This document shows, piece by piece, positions 1 through 9,075 of a stretch of 64,000 bases of DNA. How positions within the stretch are numbered: position 1 is the stretch's first letter; each line of letters starts with the position of its first letter. Location of the stretch: positions 918,916 to 982,915 of the forward strand of contig NZ_CP020921.1 of assembly GCF_003057965.1 (NCBI RefSeq). The letters run 5' to 3'. The notes under the pieces were generated by a model that saw only the letters and a list, made by a program, of their open reading frames with translations, did not search any database and had not been told where the DNA came from. Made by a program: the position numbers and the translations under genes. This DNA comes from Thermodesulfobium acidiphilum (GTDB taxonomy: Bacteria > Thermodesulfobiota > Thermodesulfobiia > Thermodesulfobiales > Thermodesulfobiaceae).

Positions 1-1038
1 ATAGAAAGAGGTCTCACCTGGAACATTTAGCCTTTTTTTGGATGCACCAGTTGCTAAAAGAATAGCTTTAGACTTATAAAAATCATCAGATGTAATAACC
101 TCAAAATAATCTTCTACTTTATTAATTTTCTTTACTTCCTCTCCAATATTAATACTTACATAATTAAGTACATGCTGAGTTAGAATATCAACTAAGGATT
201 TCCCTGAAATACTGATGAAGCCTGGATAGTTCTCAACCTGAGGAGTAGTAAGTACCTGACCTCCTACCATCTCACTTTCAAAAATACCCACTGAAAGTCC
301 TGATCTCCTTGCGTATATTGCAGCAGAGAGGCCTGCAGGACCAGCTCCTACTATTGTTAAGTCAAATTCTTTTAATTTTTCTTTTTCGTTATGAAGAAGT
401 TCCTGAATGCCTTTTCCAATCAAAGATAACACAAATTCTTCATTTGATTGAAGGCCAATTGCTACCTGTTCATTATCTACATAAGTAACTGGTACAGATC
501 TAATAGCCTTTTTCTGGGCGATTTCCTTATTTTCGAATATTTCTATTATTCTTGTCTTGATATTTCTATTAATCAAACTTGCGTTTATGGCCATTATAGC
601 TTGTTGAGGGCAATATGGGCAGGTAGGACTCACGTAAACTTCCACGACTGTTTCTTTTTTTATATCACTAATTAACGAAGCATCTTTTTCATTTAAAAAT
701 TGTTTTGTACCAGAAATTATCAAAATAGCGTTCACCAATGTGTGAGCTTCTTCTCCAATAGGAGTTCCTACGAATATTGCATCTAACTTTTCATCATCAA
801 ATATAATTATAGGACACTTTATTTCTTCATCTATAAGATTTGAAGGTACATCGCTTTTTGATATAAATTTAACTGAAATTTTCTCTGAAACCTCTGGCAA
901 AACTTCAAATATTTCTTTAGTATATTCGTAAAATTGATCTTTTACCTCTGGCAAAAAAACCTTTATATTTACACTTTCCTTCAATATCAAGAAGCTCTCT
1001 TTTAAAGAATTTTTTATCTTTTCGTCAATAATTCCCAT
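1..1038 (-). CDS. Thioredoxin-fold/thioredoxin reductase fusion (AhpF-like architecture), truncated by window edge
   Basis: Not in ORF track; translated by hand from ATG at 1038 (SD AGGAG): MGIIDEKIK...VSPTCPYCPQ...DLTIVGAGPAGLSAAIYARRSG...GGQVLTTPQVENYPG. CPYC thioredoxin domain followed by TrxB FAD-binding motifs. Confidence 0.9.
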   Translation of the reverse strand, partial: MGIIDEKIKNSLKESFLILKESVNIKVFLPEVKDQFYEYTKEIFEVLPEVSEKISVKFISKSDVPSNLIDEEIKCPIIIFDDEKLDAIFVGTPIGEEAHTLVNAILIISGTKQFLNEKDASLISDIKKETVVEVYVSPTCPYCPQQAIMAINASLINRNIKTRIIEIFENKEIAQKKAIRSVPVTYVDNEQVAIGLQSNEEFVLSLIGKGIQELLHNEKEKLKEFDLTIVGAGPAGLSAAIYARRSGLSVGIFESEMVGGQVLTTPQVENYPGFISISGKSLVDILTQHVLNYVSINIGEEVKKINKVEDYFEVITSDDFYKSKAILLATGASKKRLNVPGETSFY

Positions 1039-1133
1039 ATTATCACTCCTTCTTTATATTAATAAACATATTTCAATTTTATACTTAAAATGTTAAAATT
1101 TAAATAATAAAAATTATTATCAGGGAGAAATCT

Positions 1134-1298
1134 ATGCCAAAATCAATTAGAGCTATTATGTTAATTACCGTAGCCATACTTTTGATAGTGGCTTTTTCAT
1201 TTCCTTTTAGTCTTTACGTAAGAATCATTAGCACGTTGTTTTCAATATTCTTTATATATGTAGCGCTTTTCAAACCAAATATTTTTGAGAAATTTTAA
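1134..1298 (+). CDS. Small 54-aa hydrophobic membrane protein
   Basis: SD GGGAG upstream of ATG; MPKSIRAIMLITVAILLIVAFSFPFSLYVRIISTLFSIFFIYVALFKPNIFEKF with two hydrophobic segments; fills the gap between neighbours. Confidence 0.6.
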   Translation: MPKSIRAIMLITVAILLIVAFSFPFSLYVRIISTLFSIFFIYVALFKPNIFEKF

Positions 1299-1299
1299 A

Positions 1300-2361
1300 T
1301 CAAAAGATGCACTGAGGATCTTCATCTAAATATCTATCCTCTTTCCTTGTCGATAGAGCGAAACATACTGCCCTGCAGCCCCTACATTTCATAAATTCAG
1401 AACATTCCTTGCATTTTCCGAAATAATTTTCTTGATCCCTGAGCTTATTTAATACCTCAGAATTAGCCCATATCTCTCTAAATGAATCTCTTCTTAGATT
1501 ACCAAGAGGGATCTTTAGCCTCCTGCAAGGAACAAGGGTTGCATCGCTTAAAATAGTTATCCCTGCAAATCCTGCTGCGCACCCGCCAAAACCATAAGAC
1601 GTATTGCAATCGATGTACAAGGAAGCAATAGGATCGCCTGTATTTACTTTAAAATCAGAAATCAAGTTATTTTCCTTAACAAAATTATAAATAGATCTTA
1701 ACTCTTCTTTGCTTAATATTAAATCCTTGCTATCTTGCGAGTGTCCAGTGGGTACCAGCCTTGAGAAGACCAGTCCACTAACTTGCAGACTTTTGGCAAC
1801 TTGAAATAGATCCTGAAAAGATTCATAGTTAATTTTAGAAATTGTAGTGTTCAAAGTTACGTCAATTTCATTTTCTCTAAGGTTATTTATGCCGATAACG
1901 GCTTTTTTAAATGAATCTTGACCCCTAATATAGTCATGAATTTTTTCAGGACCATCCAAACTGACCTGTACCCCAGATACGTGAAAATCTTTAAGCTTTC
2001 TTGCGACATCTTTGTCTATCAGAGTAGCATTGGTAAGTATATAGTACTCTATATGCTTTTTAGAAAAAAAATCTAAAATCTCTTCCCAATCTCTTCTTAC
2101 AAAAACCTCTCCCCCTAATAAATTTATATTGGGCAGAAAAGCGATTTGAGACTTCTCTGCCCAATCATGAACTACTTCTAATATTTCTTCTGTGATGCCT
2201 TCAATTTCTTTCAGACTCATCTCATTGGATATTTCATTTTCTTGATAACAGTGCCTACAGTTCAAATTGCACCTTTCAGTGATGTGTATTTGAACTGTAA
2301 ATGGAACGGTCATATTAGCTGCCAAACTGACAGCTACACGATCTCCTATCAGCTCTTTCAC
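1300..2361 (-). CDS. Radical SAM/SPASM-domain protein (paralog 2); real start may be ATG at 2313
   Basis: CNLNCRHC motif; SPASM cysteines CAAG...VPCRR...CKECSEFMKCRGC...DPQC. ATG 2313 (MTVPFTVQIH) matches the N-terminus of paralog 1 (MLKFDFFIQAH). Confidence 0.92.
   Translation of the reverse strand: MKELIGDRVAVSLAANMTVPFTVQIHITERCNLNCRHCYQENEISNEMSLKEIEGITEEILEVVHDWAEKSQIAFLPNINLLGGEVFVRRDWEEILDFFSKKHIEYYILTNATLIDKDVARKLKDFHVSGVQVSLDGPEKIHDYIRGQDSFKKAVIGINNLRENEIDVTLNTTISKINYESFQDLFQVAKSLQVSGLVFSRLVPTGHSQDSKDLILSKEELRSIYNFVKENNLISDFKVNTGDPIASLYIDCNTSYGFGGCAAGFAGITILSDATLVPCRRLKIPLGNLRRDSFREIWANSEVLNKLRDQENYFGKCKECSEFMKCRGCRAVCFALSTRKEDRYLDEDPQCIF
2316..2336 (-). promoter_or_regulatory. Candidate bacterial SECIS-like hairpin
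   Basis: mRNA strand UAGCUGUCA-GUU-UGGCAGCUA: 9 bp with one G-U pair (a mismatch on the other strand), loop begins with G, 30 and 21 nt after two in-frame UGAs. Confidence 0.45.
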
Positions 2362-2462
2362 TTTCGGCAGACTTTTCCAGAACCTTTCTTAAGATTATCC
2401 TTAATCTTATTCCAGAAGTCTGTCTCTTTTTCAAGAGTCTTCTTATCAAACTCTTTCTTCAT
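2346..2462 (-). CDS. Putative RiPP precursor peptide: 34 aa if the first UGA is stop (ends 2358), 38 aa ending CRK-U-KS-U if both UGAs are Sec
   Basis: Strong SD AAGGAGGTGA before ATG 2462; MKKEFDKKTLEKETDFWNKIKDNLKKGSGKVCRK then TGA AAG AGC TGA TAG; lies between two SPASM radical SAM genes. Confidence 0.8.
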
Positions 2463-2502
2463 TTTTATCACCTCCTTTGTTATCCATTATTTTATCAAAG
2501 AC

Positions 2503-3522
2503 TCAGCGAAAAAAGCACTGAGGGTCTTTGTCCAGCCAGCCCTGTTTATCTTTTGACAAAGAATACGCTATCGCCCTGCAACCCCTGCATATATTCCAAT
2601 ACAGGCAGCTGTTGCAGCCATTTTTATAGCTGTCCCTTTCCCTAAGAGATAGCAATACTTCATTATCAGACCAGATTTCTCTTAGATCGTCTTTCAGTAT
2701 ATTTCCTAAAGAAATAGGCATCCTTCTACAGGGTACTATCTCACCATCAGACAGAACTGTTATGCTTGAGAATCCAGCCGAACAGCCGCCTACAGTATCT
2801 ATCTTATCTTCGAACTCGTCATCCAGCACGCAAACTCCAAGGGGATCTTCTATCAACAATTCAAATGATGTTGTATTTTTTGCTTTCAATGCTAAATAGA
2901 ATTCTTTCAGCTCTGAATTTGAAAGCATGTCGTCGCGCAGCTTTGAGCCACTGCCAATGGGGACCAATCTTGAAAATCCTAGGCCATTCACTTTCCACTC
3001 ATTTGAGATATTTATCAAATCATCTAAATCTTTATAATTTAGTTTTGATATGGTAGTTTTCAAAACTACTTTAAAGTTCTCTTCCTTCAGAAATTTTACT
3101 GCTTCTTTAACTTTCGAAAAAGTGCCATTTCCTCTAATACTATCATGGGTATCCTTACATCCTTCCAAGCTTATCTGAAATCCATCAAATCTAAATTTTT
3201 TTAAATTAGGAATCATCTCTTTATCAATGAGAGTGCCATTTGTAAGAACATATGGCTCAATATCAATTTCGTTTAAAAATTTTACAATTTCAAAAAAATC
3301 TTCTCTTAAAAATGGCTCGCCACCTGTTAGCTTTATTAGAAGGGGGATCTCGATATCATATTTAGTCTCCCATTCTTTGATTAAATCTTTACTGTATGTG
3401 AAGAATTTTTTCCAATCGTCGAACTTTAGTTCACTTATTTGATTCTCTTGATAGCAGTGCTTACACCTAAGATTGCACCTCTCTGTAAGATGAGCCTGAA
3501 TAAAAAAGTCAAACTTTAACAT
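2503..3522 (-). CDS. Radical SAM/SPASM-domain protein (paralog 1)
   Basis: CNLRCKHC; GGEPF; SPASM CSAG...VPCRR...CNSCLYWNICRGC...DPQC. Confidence 0.93.
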   Translation of the reverse strand: MLKFDFFIQAHLTERCNLRCKHCYQENQISELKFDDWKKFFTYSKDLIKEWETKYDIEIPLLIKLTGGEPFLREDFFEIVKFLNEIDIEPYVLTNGTLIDKEMIPNLKKFRFDGFQISLEGCKDTHDSIRGNGTFSKVKEAVKFLKEENFKVVLKTTISKLNYKDLDDLINISNEWKVNGLGFSRLVPIGSGSKLRDDMLSNSELKEFYLALKAKNTTSFELLIEDPLGVCVLDDEFEDKIDTVGGCSAGFSSITVLSDGEIVPCRRMPISLGNILKDDLREIWSDNEVLLSLRERDSYKNGCNSCLYWNICRGCRAIAYSLSKDKQGWLDKDPQCFFR

Positions 3523-3524
3523 AC

Positions 3525-4367
3525 TTAATCCATTAGAGATTTTATGTCAGGAAAATTTTGCATTGAAACAAGGGTTTTATCCTTTATTACAGGAATATTT
3601 TTCTCAAAAGTTAGTCTTGAGTTAGAATAAAATACTCCTAAAGGTATTTTTTCGCCAAATTCTTGAGATTTTTCAAATGCTTTTAATTTGTCAGAAAGAT
3701 CATAGTCAGCATTGAATTCATAAACTCTATTCCTATACCATTCAAAATTATTGACCTTATTAAAGCTTACACATATTTGAAGTATATCAACCAGTGCAAA
3801 ACCTTCGTGATTTATAGCCATTTTCATGATATTTTTAAGGTGTTCGGGACTTCCAGAAAAACTTCTTGCCACAAATGAACAATCCATTGTAATAGCAAAA
3901 GCTATAGGGTTTAAAGGTTCAGAAAGAGAACCGAAAGGTTGAGCTTTTGTACGTCTACCAAATTCTGTAGTAGGAGAAGCCTGCCCCTTTGTTAGCCCAT
4001 AAACAGCATTGTTATGAACAAAAAGCGTTATATTTGGGTTTCTTCTAAATGCGTGCAAGAGATGATTTCCACCCTCGCCGTAAGTATCACCATCTCCACC
4101 AAAAATTATTACCTTTTGTTTGTGATTGGCCACGCTAATCCCAGTAGCCACTGGCAGAGATCTTCCGTGCAGACCGTTGAAGCCATTGCATTTTAGATAG
4201 TGCGGCAATTTGCTTGATTGACCTATTCCTGAAACTAATGTAATTTCATGCGGTTCAATTCCTAACTCAAATAATGCCTTCTTAAAAGAATCTAAAATAG
4301 CAAAGTTACCGCAACCAGGACACCAAGCTGGAACTGTATCGTTATCAAAACCTTTATAAGATCGCAT
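3525..4367 (-). CDS. korB: 2-oxoacid:ferredoxin oxidoreductase beta subunit
   Basis: WCPGCG, SGIGQS, LHGR and GGDGD...NN TPP motif; start moved to ATG 4367 behind GGAGG. Confidence 0.92.
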   Translation of the reverse strand: MRSYKGFDNDTVPAWCPGCGNFAILDSFKKALFELGIEPHEITLVSGIGQSSKLPHYLKCNGFNGLHGRSLPVATGISVANHKQKVIIFGGDGDTYGEGGNHLLHAFRRNPNITLFVHNNAVYGLTKGQASPTTEFGRRTKAQPFGSLSEPLNPIAFAITMDCSFVARSFSGSPEHLKNIMKMAINHEGFALVDILQICVSFNKVNNFEWYRNRVYEFNADYDLSDKLKAFEKSQEFGEKIPLGVFYSNSRLTFEKNIPVIKDKTLVSMQNFPDIKSLMD

Positions 4368-6066
4368 AAATATCCTCCAAAACCTCCTCGTAATTAAAAG
4401 GTCTACCATCGTACTTTCTAATGTAGTGTGAAAATTTAAAACCATATTCTGACTCAACTAGTTTTTGAAACTGTCCAGATGCGTTATTTTCAATACAAAT
4501 AGATAAATTAGACTTTGATATTATATTTAGAAATTCATAAGAATTTTCCCTTATTGGAAGCGGAAACACCTCACTAAAGTGTATAGCACACACTGATATT
4601 TTCTTGTTATTTACAATTTCTCTAAGGATTCCAAGATTTGACCCAAATCCAACTAAAACAATTTTCGAGTCTTTGTTACCATAAAATTTTGGAGGAGATA
4701 TATATTTTCTAATATTTTCAATTTTCCAAAAATATCTTCTCTCAAGCATTTTTTTTCTTATTTCTCCATCTTCAGTTATATGACCTACTTCATCGTGCTC
4801 ATCACTATCTGTAAATACCAACTGTTTACTATCTCCTGGAACAGCTAAAGGAGTAAGAGGATTGCTCTTATTAAAGTCTAAAAATTTATGTCTTTTATAA
4901 TCTTGATAATTTTCAAAATCTGTCGATCTTAGTCTATAATCTCTGTTTTTTAACTCTATTTTAAGATCTTTTTTATAAGAATATAGGGAATCTACAAGAT
5001 GTTGATCTGTTAAAATAATAGCTGGAATCTGATATTTTTCTGCTAGATCAAAAGCTTTGTTTGTAAGATGTATACATTCAAAAGGATCTCCAGGAGCAAA
5101 GACAATTCTCGGAAACTCTCCATGCCCAGCATGAATAGCATAAAGTAATTCACCTTGCTCGGTCCTGGTAGGAAAACCCGTTGCTGGGCCTGGGCGTTGA
5201 GATAACAAAATTACTATCGGAGTTTCTGTCATCCCAGAAAGAGATAATGCTTCATTCATAAGCGCAAAGCCTCCTCCAGAAGTTCCAGTCATAGCTCTAA
5301 CTCCTGCAAATGATGCTCCAATTGCCATATTAATAGCACTTATTTCATCTTCTGCTTGCTCTACTACAATGTTAAATTTTTTAGCATGTTCCCCAATATA
5401 TTGAAATACTCCAGTAGAAGGTGTCATGGGATATGCAGAATAAAATTTACAACCTGAACCTATAGCACCTATACCTATCCCCCTTATACCACTCAACAAA
5501 ATTTTTTCCTCACTATTTGAAGCTGGCAAATTTATTTTTTTCTTCATATCAAAATCGTATCCAATATCAACTGCTTTCATATTTTGTTCTATTATCTCAT
5601 CAGGCTTATTAACAAAGATGTCGTGGATAACTTTATAAACGTATTTTTTATCAATTGAAAAAATATTTGCTATCAAAGCAAAAGAAACAATGTTTTCATA
5701 TATATTTTTTAAGCCTGCATTTTTTAATAATTCTCTAAAAGGACAGTTTATAAACCTTTCGTCGTATTCGTTTTGTTTAAGAGAATTAGCATCATAAATA
5801 ACAATACCATTATTTCGAAGTAAGTTCTTATATTCTAAACCCTTCTTATCAAAAGTAAGAACTAAATCTAAAAATTTCTTAGGGGCAAAAATCTCATCTG
5901 TGCCAAAAGTTATCTGATAAAAGTTGTGACCCCCTCTTATCCTTGACTCATAATCCTGAAAGGAGAAGACGTTATAGCCCAAAGAGCTAAACAGTCTTGA
6001 AAATCCCTCTCCTGTAGTTTGAATGCCTTGACCTGCTTCGCCACATATTCTTATAGTGTAATTCAC
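4354..6066 (-). CDS. korA: 2-oxoacid:ferredoxin oxidoreductase alpha subunit (gamma-alpha fusion)
   Basis: GEAGQG, SRIRGGHN, YPMTP, QAEDEI, TSGGG, RPGPATG motifs. Confidence 0.93.
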   Translation of the reverse strand: MNYTIRICGEAGQGIQTTGEGFSRLFSSLGYNVFSFQDYESRIRGGHNFYQITFGTDEIFAPKKFLDLVLTFDKKGLEYKNLLRNNGIVIYDANSLKQNEYDERFINCPFRELLKNAGLKNIYENIVSFALIANIFSIDKKYVYKVIHDIFVNKPDEIIEQNMKAVDIGYDFDMKKKINLPASNSEEKILLSGIRGIGIGAIGSGCKFYSAYPMTPSTGVFQYIGEHAKKFNIVVEQAEDEISAINMAIGASFAGVRAMTGTSGGGFALMNEALSLSGMTETPIVILLSQRPGPATGFPTRTEQGELLYAIHAGHGEFPRIVFAPGDPFECIHLTNKAFDLAEKYQIPAIILTDQHLVDSLYSYKKDLKIELKNRDYRLRSTDFENYQDYKRHKFLDFNKSNPLTPLAVPGDSKQLVFTDSDEHDEVGHITEDGEIRKKMLERRYFWKIENIRKYISPPKFYGNKDSKIVLVGFGSNLGILREIVNNKKISVCAIHFSEVFPLPIRENSYEFLNIISKSNLSICIENNASGQFQKLVESEYGFKFSHYIRKYDGRPFNYEEVLEDIYAIL

Positions 6067-6180
6067 ATAAGCCCTCCCAAAAAGTTTATATTATAATAAT
6101 AATCCTTTACAATTAAATAATCAAGTTAGTTACTATAAGATTTTGATTAAATCAGTTAATAGATTGAAAGAAAAAAAGTT

Positions 6181-7071
6181 TTAACTGAAGAGTTTTTTTT
6201 GTATACTTTTTAAATCAAGTGATTCAAGGAATCTTTTTAGGGATTCTCTTTGTTCATCCGATAGATTTTCCCAGGGTTTTTCTTGAATTTCAATTTCTAA
6301 AGAAACATCACTGTCAAGTAGTGTTATTGATTTATAAAAAATGATTTTTTCCCTGTTTTCGTAAATTAGTTTCTTATATCTTTCATTTTTAAGCCTATCA
6401 ATATTCTTTAATAAATCTTCTACTGTATTAAACTCTCTTAATATCTCAATAGCAGTTTTCTTCCCTATTCCTTTTACACCAGGTATTTCATCAGAAGAAT
6501 CACCACATAACGCCTTCATGTCAACTATTTGAATTGGTTTAATTCCAAACTTTGTTAGAAATTTGTCCAAATCATATTTCTCAACATCGCTAATACCTTT
6601 TTTCATAATTAATACTTTTACCCTTTCACTCACAAGTTGCAATAAATCAAAGTCCCCGGTAAGAATTAGAACATCATAATCCTTTTTTAAAATTTGTTTA
6701 GCCATACTGGCAACTAAATCATCGCTCTCATAACCAGGAATTTCATAAAATCGAATATTCATTAGCTTCAAAAATTCTTTTATTAACAGAACCTGAGAAA
6801 TCAGAGATTCTGGCATCTTTGGTCTTGATGCCTTATATTCCTTAAAGCTCTCATGTCTAAAGGTCTTTTCAGGAGAATCAAAGGCTACAAAAATTGTATA
6901 AGGATCTTCTTCTTTTATTAATTTTAATAGTATATTGATAAATCCATAAAGAGCATTTGTCGGTATTCCTGTTTGAGAGGTAAGTTCAGGAAGAGCATAA
7001 TAAGCTCTATAAATAACAGAATGTGCATCAATTAAACAAATTGTTCTTTCTAAATCAAAAAGATTTTTCAT
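6181..7071 (-). CDS. Stand-alone 5'-3' exonuclease (PolA N-terminal/FEN-like domain)
   Basis: LIDAHSVIYRAYYA, FRHESFKEYKASR, ESDD, GDSSDEIPGVKGIGKKTA; ends at 296 aa with no polymerase domain. Confidence 0.9.
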   Translation of the reverse strand: MKNLFDLERTICLIDAHSVIYRAYYALPELTSQTGIPTNALYGFINILLKLIKEEDPYTIFVAFDSPEKTFRHESFKEYKASRPKMPESLISQVLLIKEFLKLMNIRFYEIPGYESDDLVASMAKQILKKDYDVLILTGDFDLLQLVSERVKVLIMKKGISDVEKYDLDKFLTKFGIKPIQIVDMKALCGDSSDEIPGVKGIGKKTAIEILREFNTVEDLLKNIDRLKNERYKKLIYENREKIIFYKSITLLDSDVSLEIEIQEKPWENLSDEQRESLKRFLESLDLKSIQKKLFS

Positions 7072-8014
7072 AATTGTTATTCTCTAAATAATTTAGCGCG
7101 TTTTCAGTTAATATTCTTCCTCTTGGGGTTCTTTGAATAAAGTCAATCTTTAAAAGATATGGTTCACATAGATCTTCAATTGTCTCAGGGCTCTCACCCA
7201 AAAACTGAGAAATATTGTCAATACCTGCAGGCCCACCCTTGAAAATATCCTTTAAGGCTCGCAAATATTTTCTATCAAGGTCATTTAAGCCCAAATCATC
7301 AATATTTATAATTTCTAAAGACCTTTTTGCAGCCTCAACGTCAATTAATTTAATTTTATTTACCTGGACGTAATCTCTTACTCTTCTAAGAAGTTTATTC
7401 GCAACCCTTGGAGTAAATCTCGATCTTTTAGCCAAAAATTTGGACGCCTCTTCTTCTATATCCAAATTAAGAAATTGAGCAGATCTTTTAATAATAGCAG
7501 TTAGTTCTTCTACCTGATAAAATTCAAAATATCCATGAATTCCAAACCTGTCGATTAATGGAGAGGAAAGTAAGCCCGGTTTTGTAGTAGCACAAATTAA
7601 AGTAAAAGGAGGAAGGTTTAATCTGATACTTTGAGCTCCTACTCCTTTTGAAACACTTATGTCTACAATATAGTCTTCCATAGAAATATATAAAATTTCT
7701 TCTAAATTTTTCGGTAATCTATGAATCTCGTCAATAAATAAAACAGATCCTTCTTTATCTATTGACGTTAAGAGCCCGACAAGATCAATTGGCTTTTGCA
7801 GTGCAGACGCTATAGCAAATTTAAAGTTTTTCCCCATTTCATATGCAAGTATAGAAGCAAGCGTTGTCTTTCCAAGACCTGGAGGACCAGATAGCAATAT
7901 ATGGTCTAGCATTTCATTTCTTTTCTTTGCAGCATTTACAGAAATTTTCAATAGTCTCTTTATGTTTTCCTGCCCTATATATTCATCAAAAGATTTCGGC
8001 CTTAATATGTTCAT
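7055..8014 (-). CDS. ruvB: Holliday junction branch migration helicase RuvB
   Basis: LRPKSFDEYIGQ, GPPGLGKTTLA, FIDEIHRL, RTPRGR. Confidence 0.97.
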   Translation of the reverse strand: MNILRPKSFDEYIGQENIKRLLKISVNAAKKRNEMLDHILLSGPPGLGKTTLASILAYEMGKNFKFAIASALQKPIDLVGLLTSIDKEGSVLFIDEIHRLPKNLEEILYISMEDYIVDISVSKGVGAQSIRLNLPPFTLICATTKPGLLSSPLIDRFGIHGYFEFYQVEELTAIIKRSAQFLNLDIEEEASKFLAKRSRFTPRVANKLLRRVRDYVQVNKIKLIDVEAAKRSLEIINIDDLGLNDLDRKYLRALKDIFKGGPAGIDNISQFLGESPETIEDLCEPYLLKIDFIQRTPRGRILTENALNYLENNNYEKSF

Positions 8015-8595
8015 CTTATCCTTTGAATTGCCATAGTAATAATATCCTCACTCTTGATAATATTTAAGTCTTGAACATCTTTAAGTGTATCAATTACAAC
8101 TTCTTTAGCCTTTTGAAAGGATACCCCTAACGAAACCAGAGCATCTACAGCTAACTTTGCCTTATCATCAAATTTTACCTCAGAAAATTCTGGAAAGCAT
8201 CCTTTCAGTTCTTCGAATATTCTTTTAGCAGTCTTTTCTCCAACTCCAGGAATTGATTTCAGCGAGTCTATGCGATCACCCTTCAAATCTAAAATTAAGG
8301 TTGGGTTTGTTTTAAATGAAGATATAATCTGTAATGCTAGTTTAACTCCAATTCCATGGATTTTTAAAAGCTTTTGAAAACTTTCGAGATCTGAAATTGA
8401 CTCAAAACCAAATAGTTGTTGAGATTCTCCAATGAACTGATGGCTTATATAAAGTTCAATAATATCGCCTTTCTTGTTCTTGTTCTTCTCTAAGAGATAG
8501 GGTGGCAACTTTATTAAGTATCCTAAGCCATTATTTTCCACAATTATACCATTTTCTATAAAACCGATTAAATTACCTACTATATATGCTATCAT
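8011..8595 (-). CDS. ruvA: Holliday junction branch migration protein RuvA
   Basis: MIAYIVG start, GIGVKLA and PGVGEKTA HhH motifs, between ruvC and ruvB. Confidence 0.93.
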   Translation of the reverse strand: MIAYIVGNLIGFIENGIIVENNGLGYLIKLPPYLLEKNKNKKGDIIELYISHQFIGESQQLFGFESISDLESFQKLLKIHGIGVKLALQIISSFKTNPTLILDLKGDRIDSLKSIPGVGEKTAKRIFEELKGCFPEFSEVKFDDKAKLAVDALVSLGVSFQKAKEVVIDTLKDVQDLNIIKSEDIITMAIQRIR

Positions 8596-9049
8596 CGTAT
8601 GAATATACAAGCGCTAACGCTATAGCATCAGTAACGTCATCTTGTAAATTATCGAAATTTGAACTCAAAATATATTCTACTGATCTTTTAACTTGATCTT
8701 TATTTGCAAGACCATTTCCTGATATCAAACGCTTCACTTCTTTAGGAGTATATTCTCTATATTGGATATTTCTTTTGCTTAAAACTAATTTTATTACACC
8801 TCTTCCTTCTGATACATCCATAACTGTCTTTTGATTTTTGAAATAAAAAAGCTTTTCGATTGAACATGCCTGTGGATTGTATTTATCGATAAGGAGATTT
8901 AATTCTTCAAATATCTTACAAAGTCTTTGATTCTGATTATAACCATGAATCTGGATTAAGCCGCAACTTTCTAATTTAATTTCGCTACTCTTTCTAACAA
9001 GTGCGTAACCAATATCTGCTACTCCCGGGTCAATACCTAAAATAATCAT
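8573..9049 (-). CDS. ruvC: Crossover junction endodeoxyribonuclease RuvC
   Basis: ILGIDPG, IEKLFY, GNGLANKDQV, DDVTDAIALA. Confidence 0.95.
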   Translation of the reverse strand: MIILGIDPGVADIGYALVRKSSEIKLESCGLIQIHGYNQNQRLCKIFEELNLLIDKYNPQACSIEKLFYFKNQKTVMDVSEGRGVIKLVLSKRNIQYREYTPKEVKRLISGNGLANKDQVKRSVEYILSSNFDNLQDDVTDAIALALVYSYDDSIYSR

Positions 9050-9075
9050 ACTAATTTAATTTTCTCAAAAGAGAG

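Noticed and set aside
889-956. Direct repeat ACCTCTGGCAAAA
   Set aside because: Two copies inside a coding region encoding a repeated LPEV; not an array.
2406-2417. FWNK in the peptide as a triceptide/darobactin-like cyclophane motif
   Set aside because: Single mid-peptide occurrence and no feature tying these enzymes to cyclophane synthases; kept only as a minor alternative.
1300-3522. Radical SAM pair as AhbC/AhbD or NirJ heme biosynthesis enzymes
   Set aside because: No ahbA/ahbB or hem genes nearby, N-termini read Q-x-H-(L/I)-T rather than the W-(N/E)-x-T I associate with Ahb/NirJ, and a peptide ORF lies between them. Not excluded without an HMM search.
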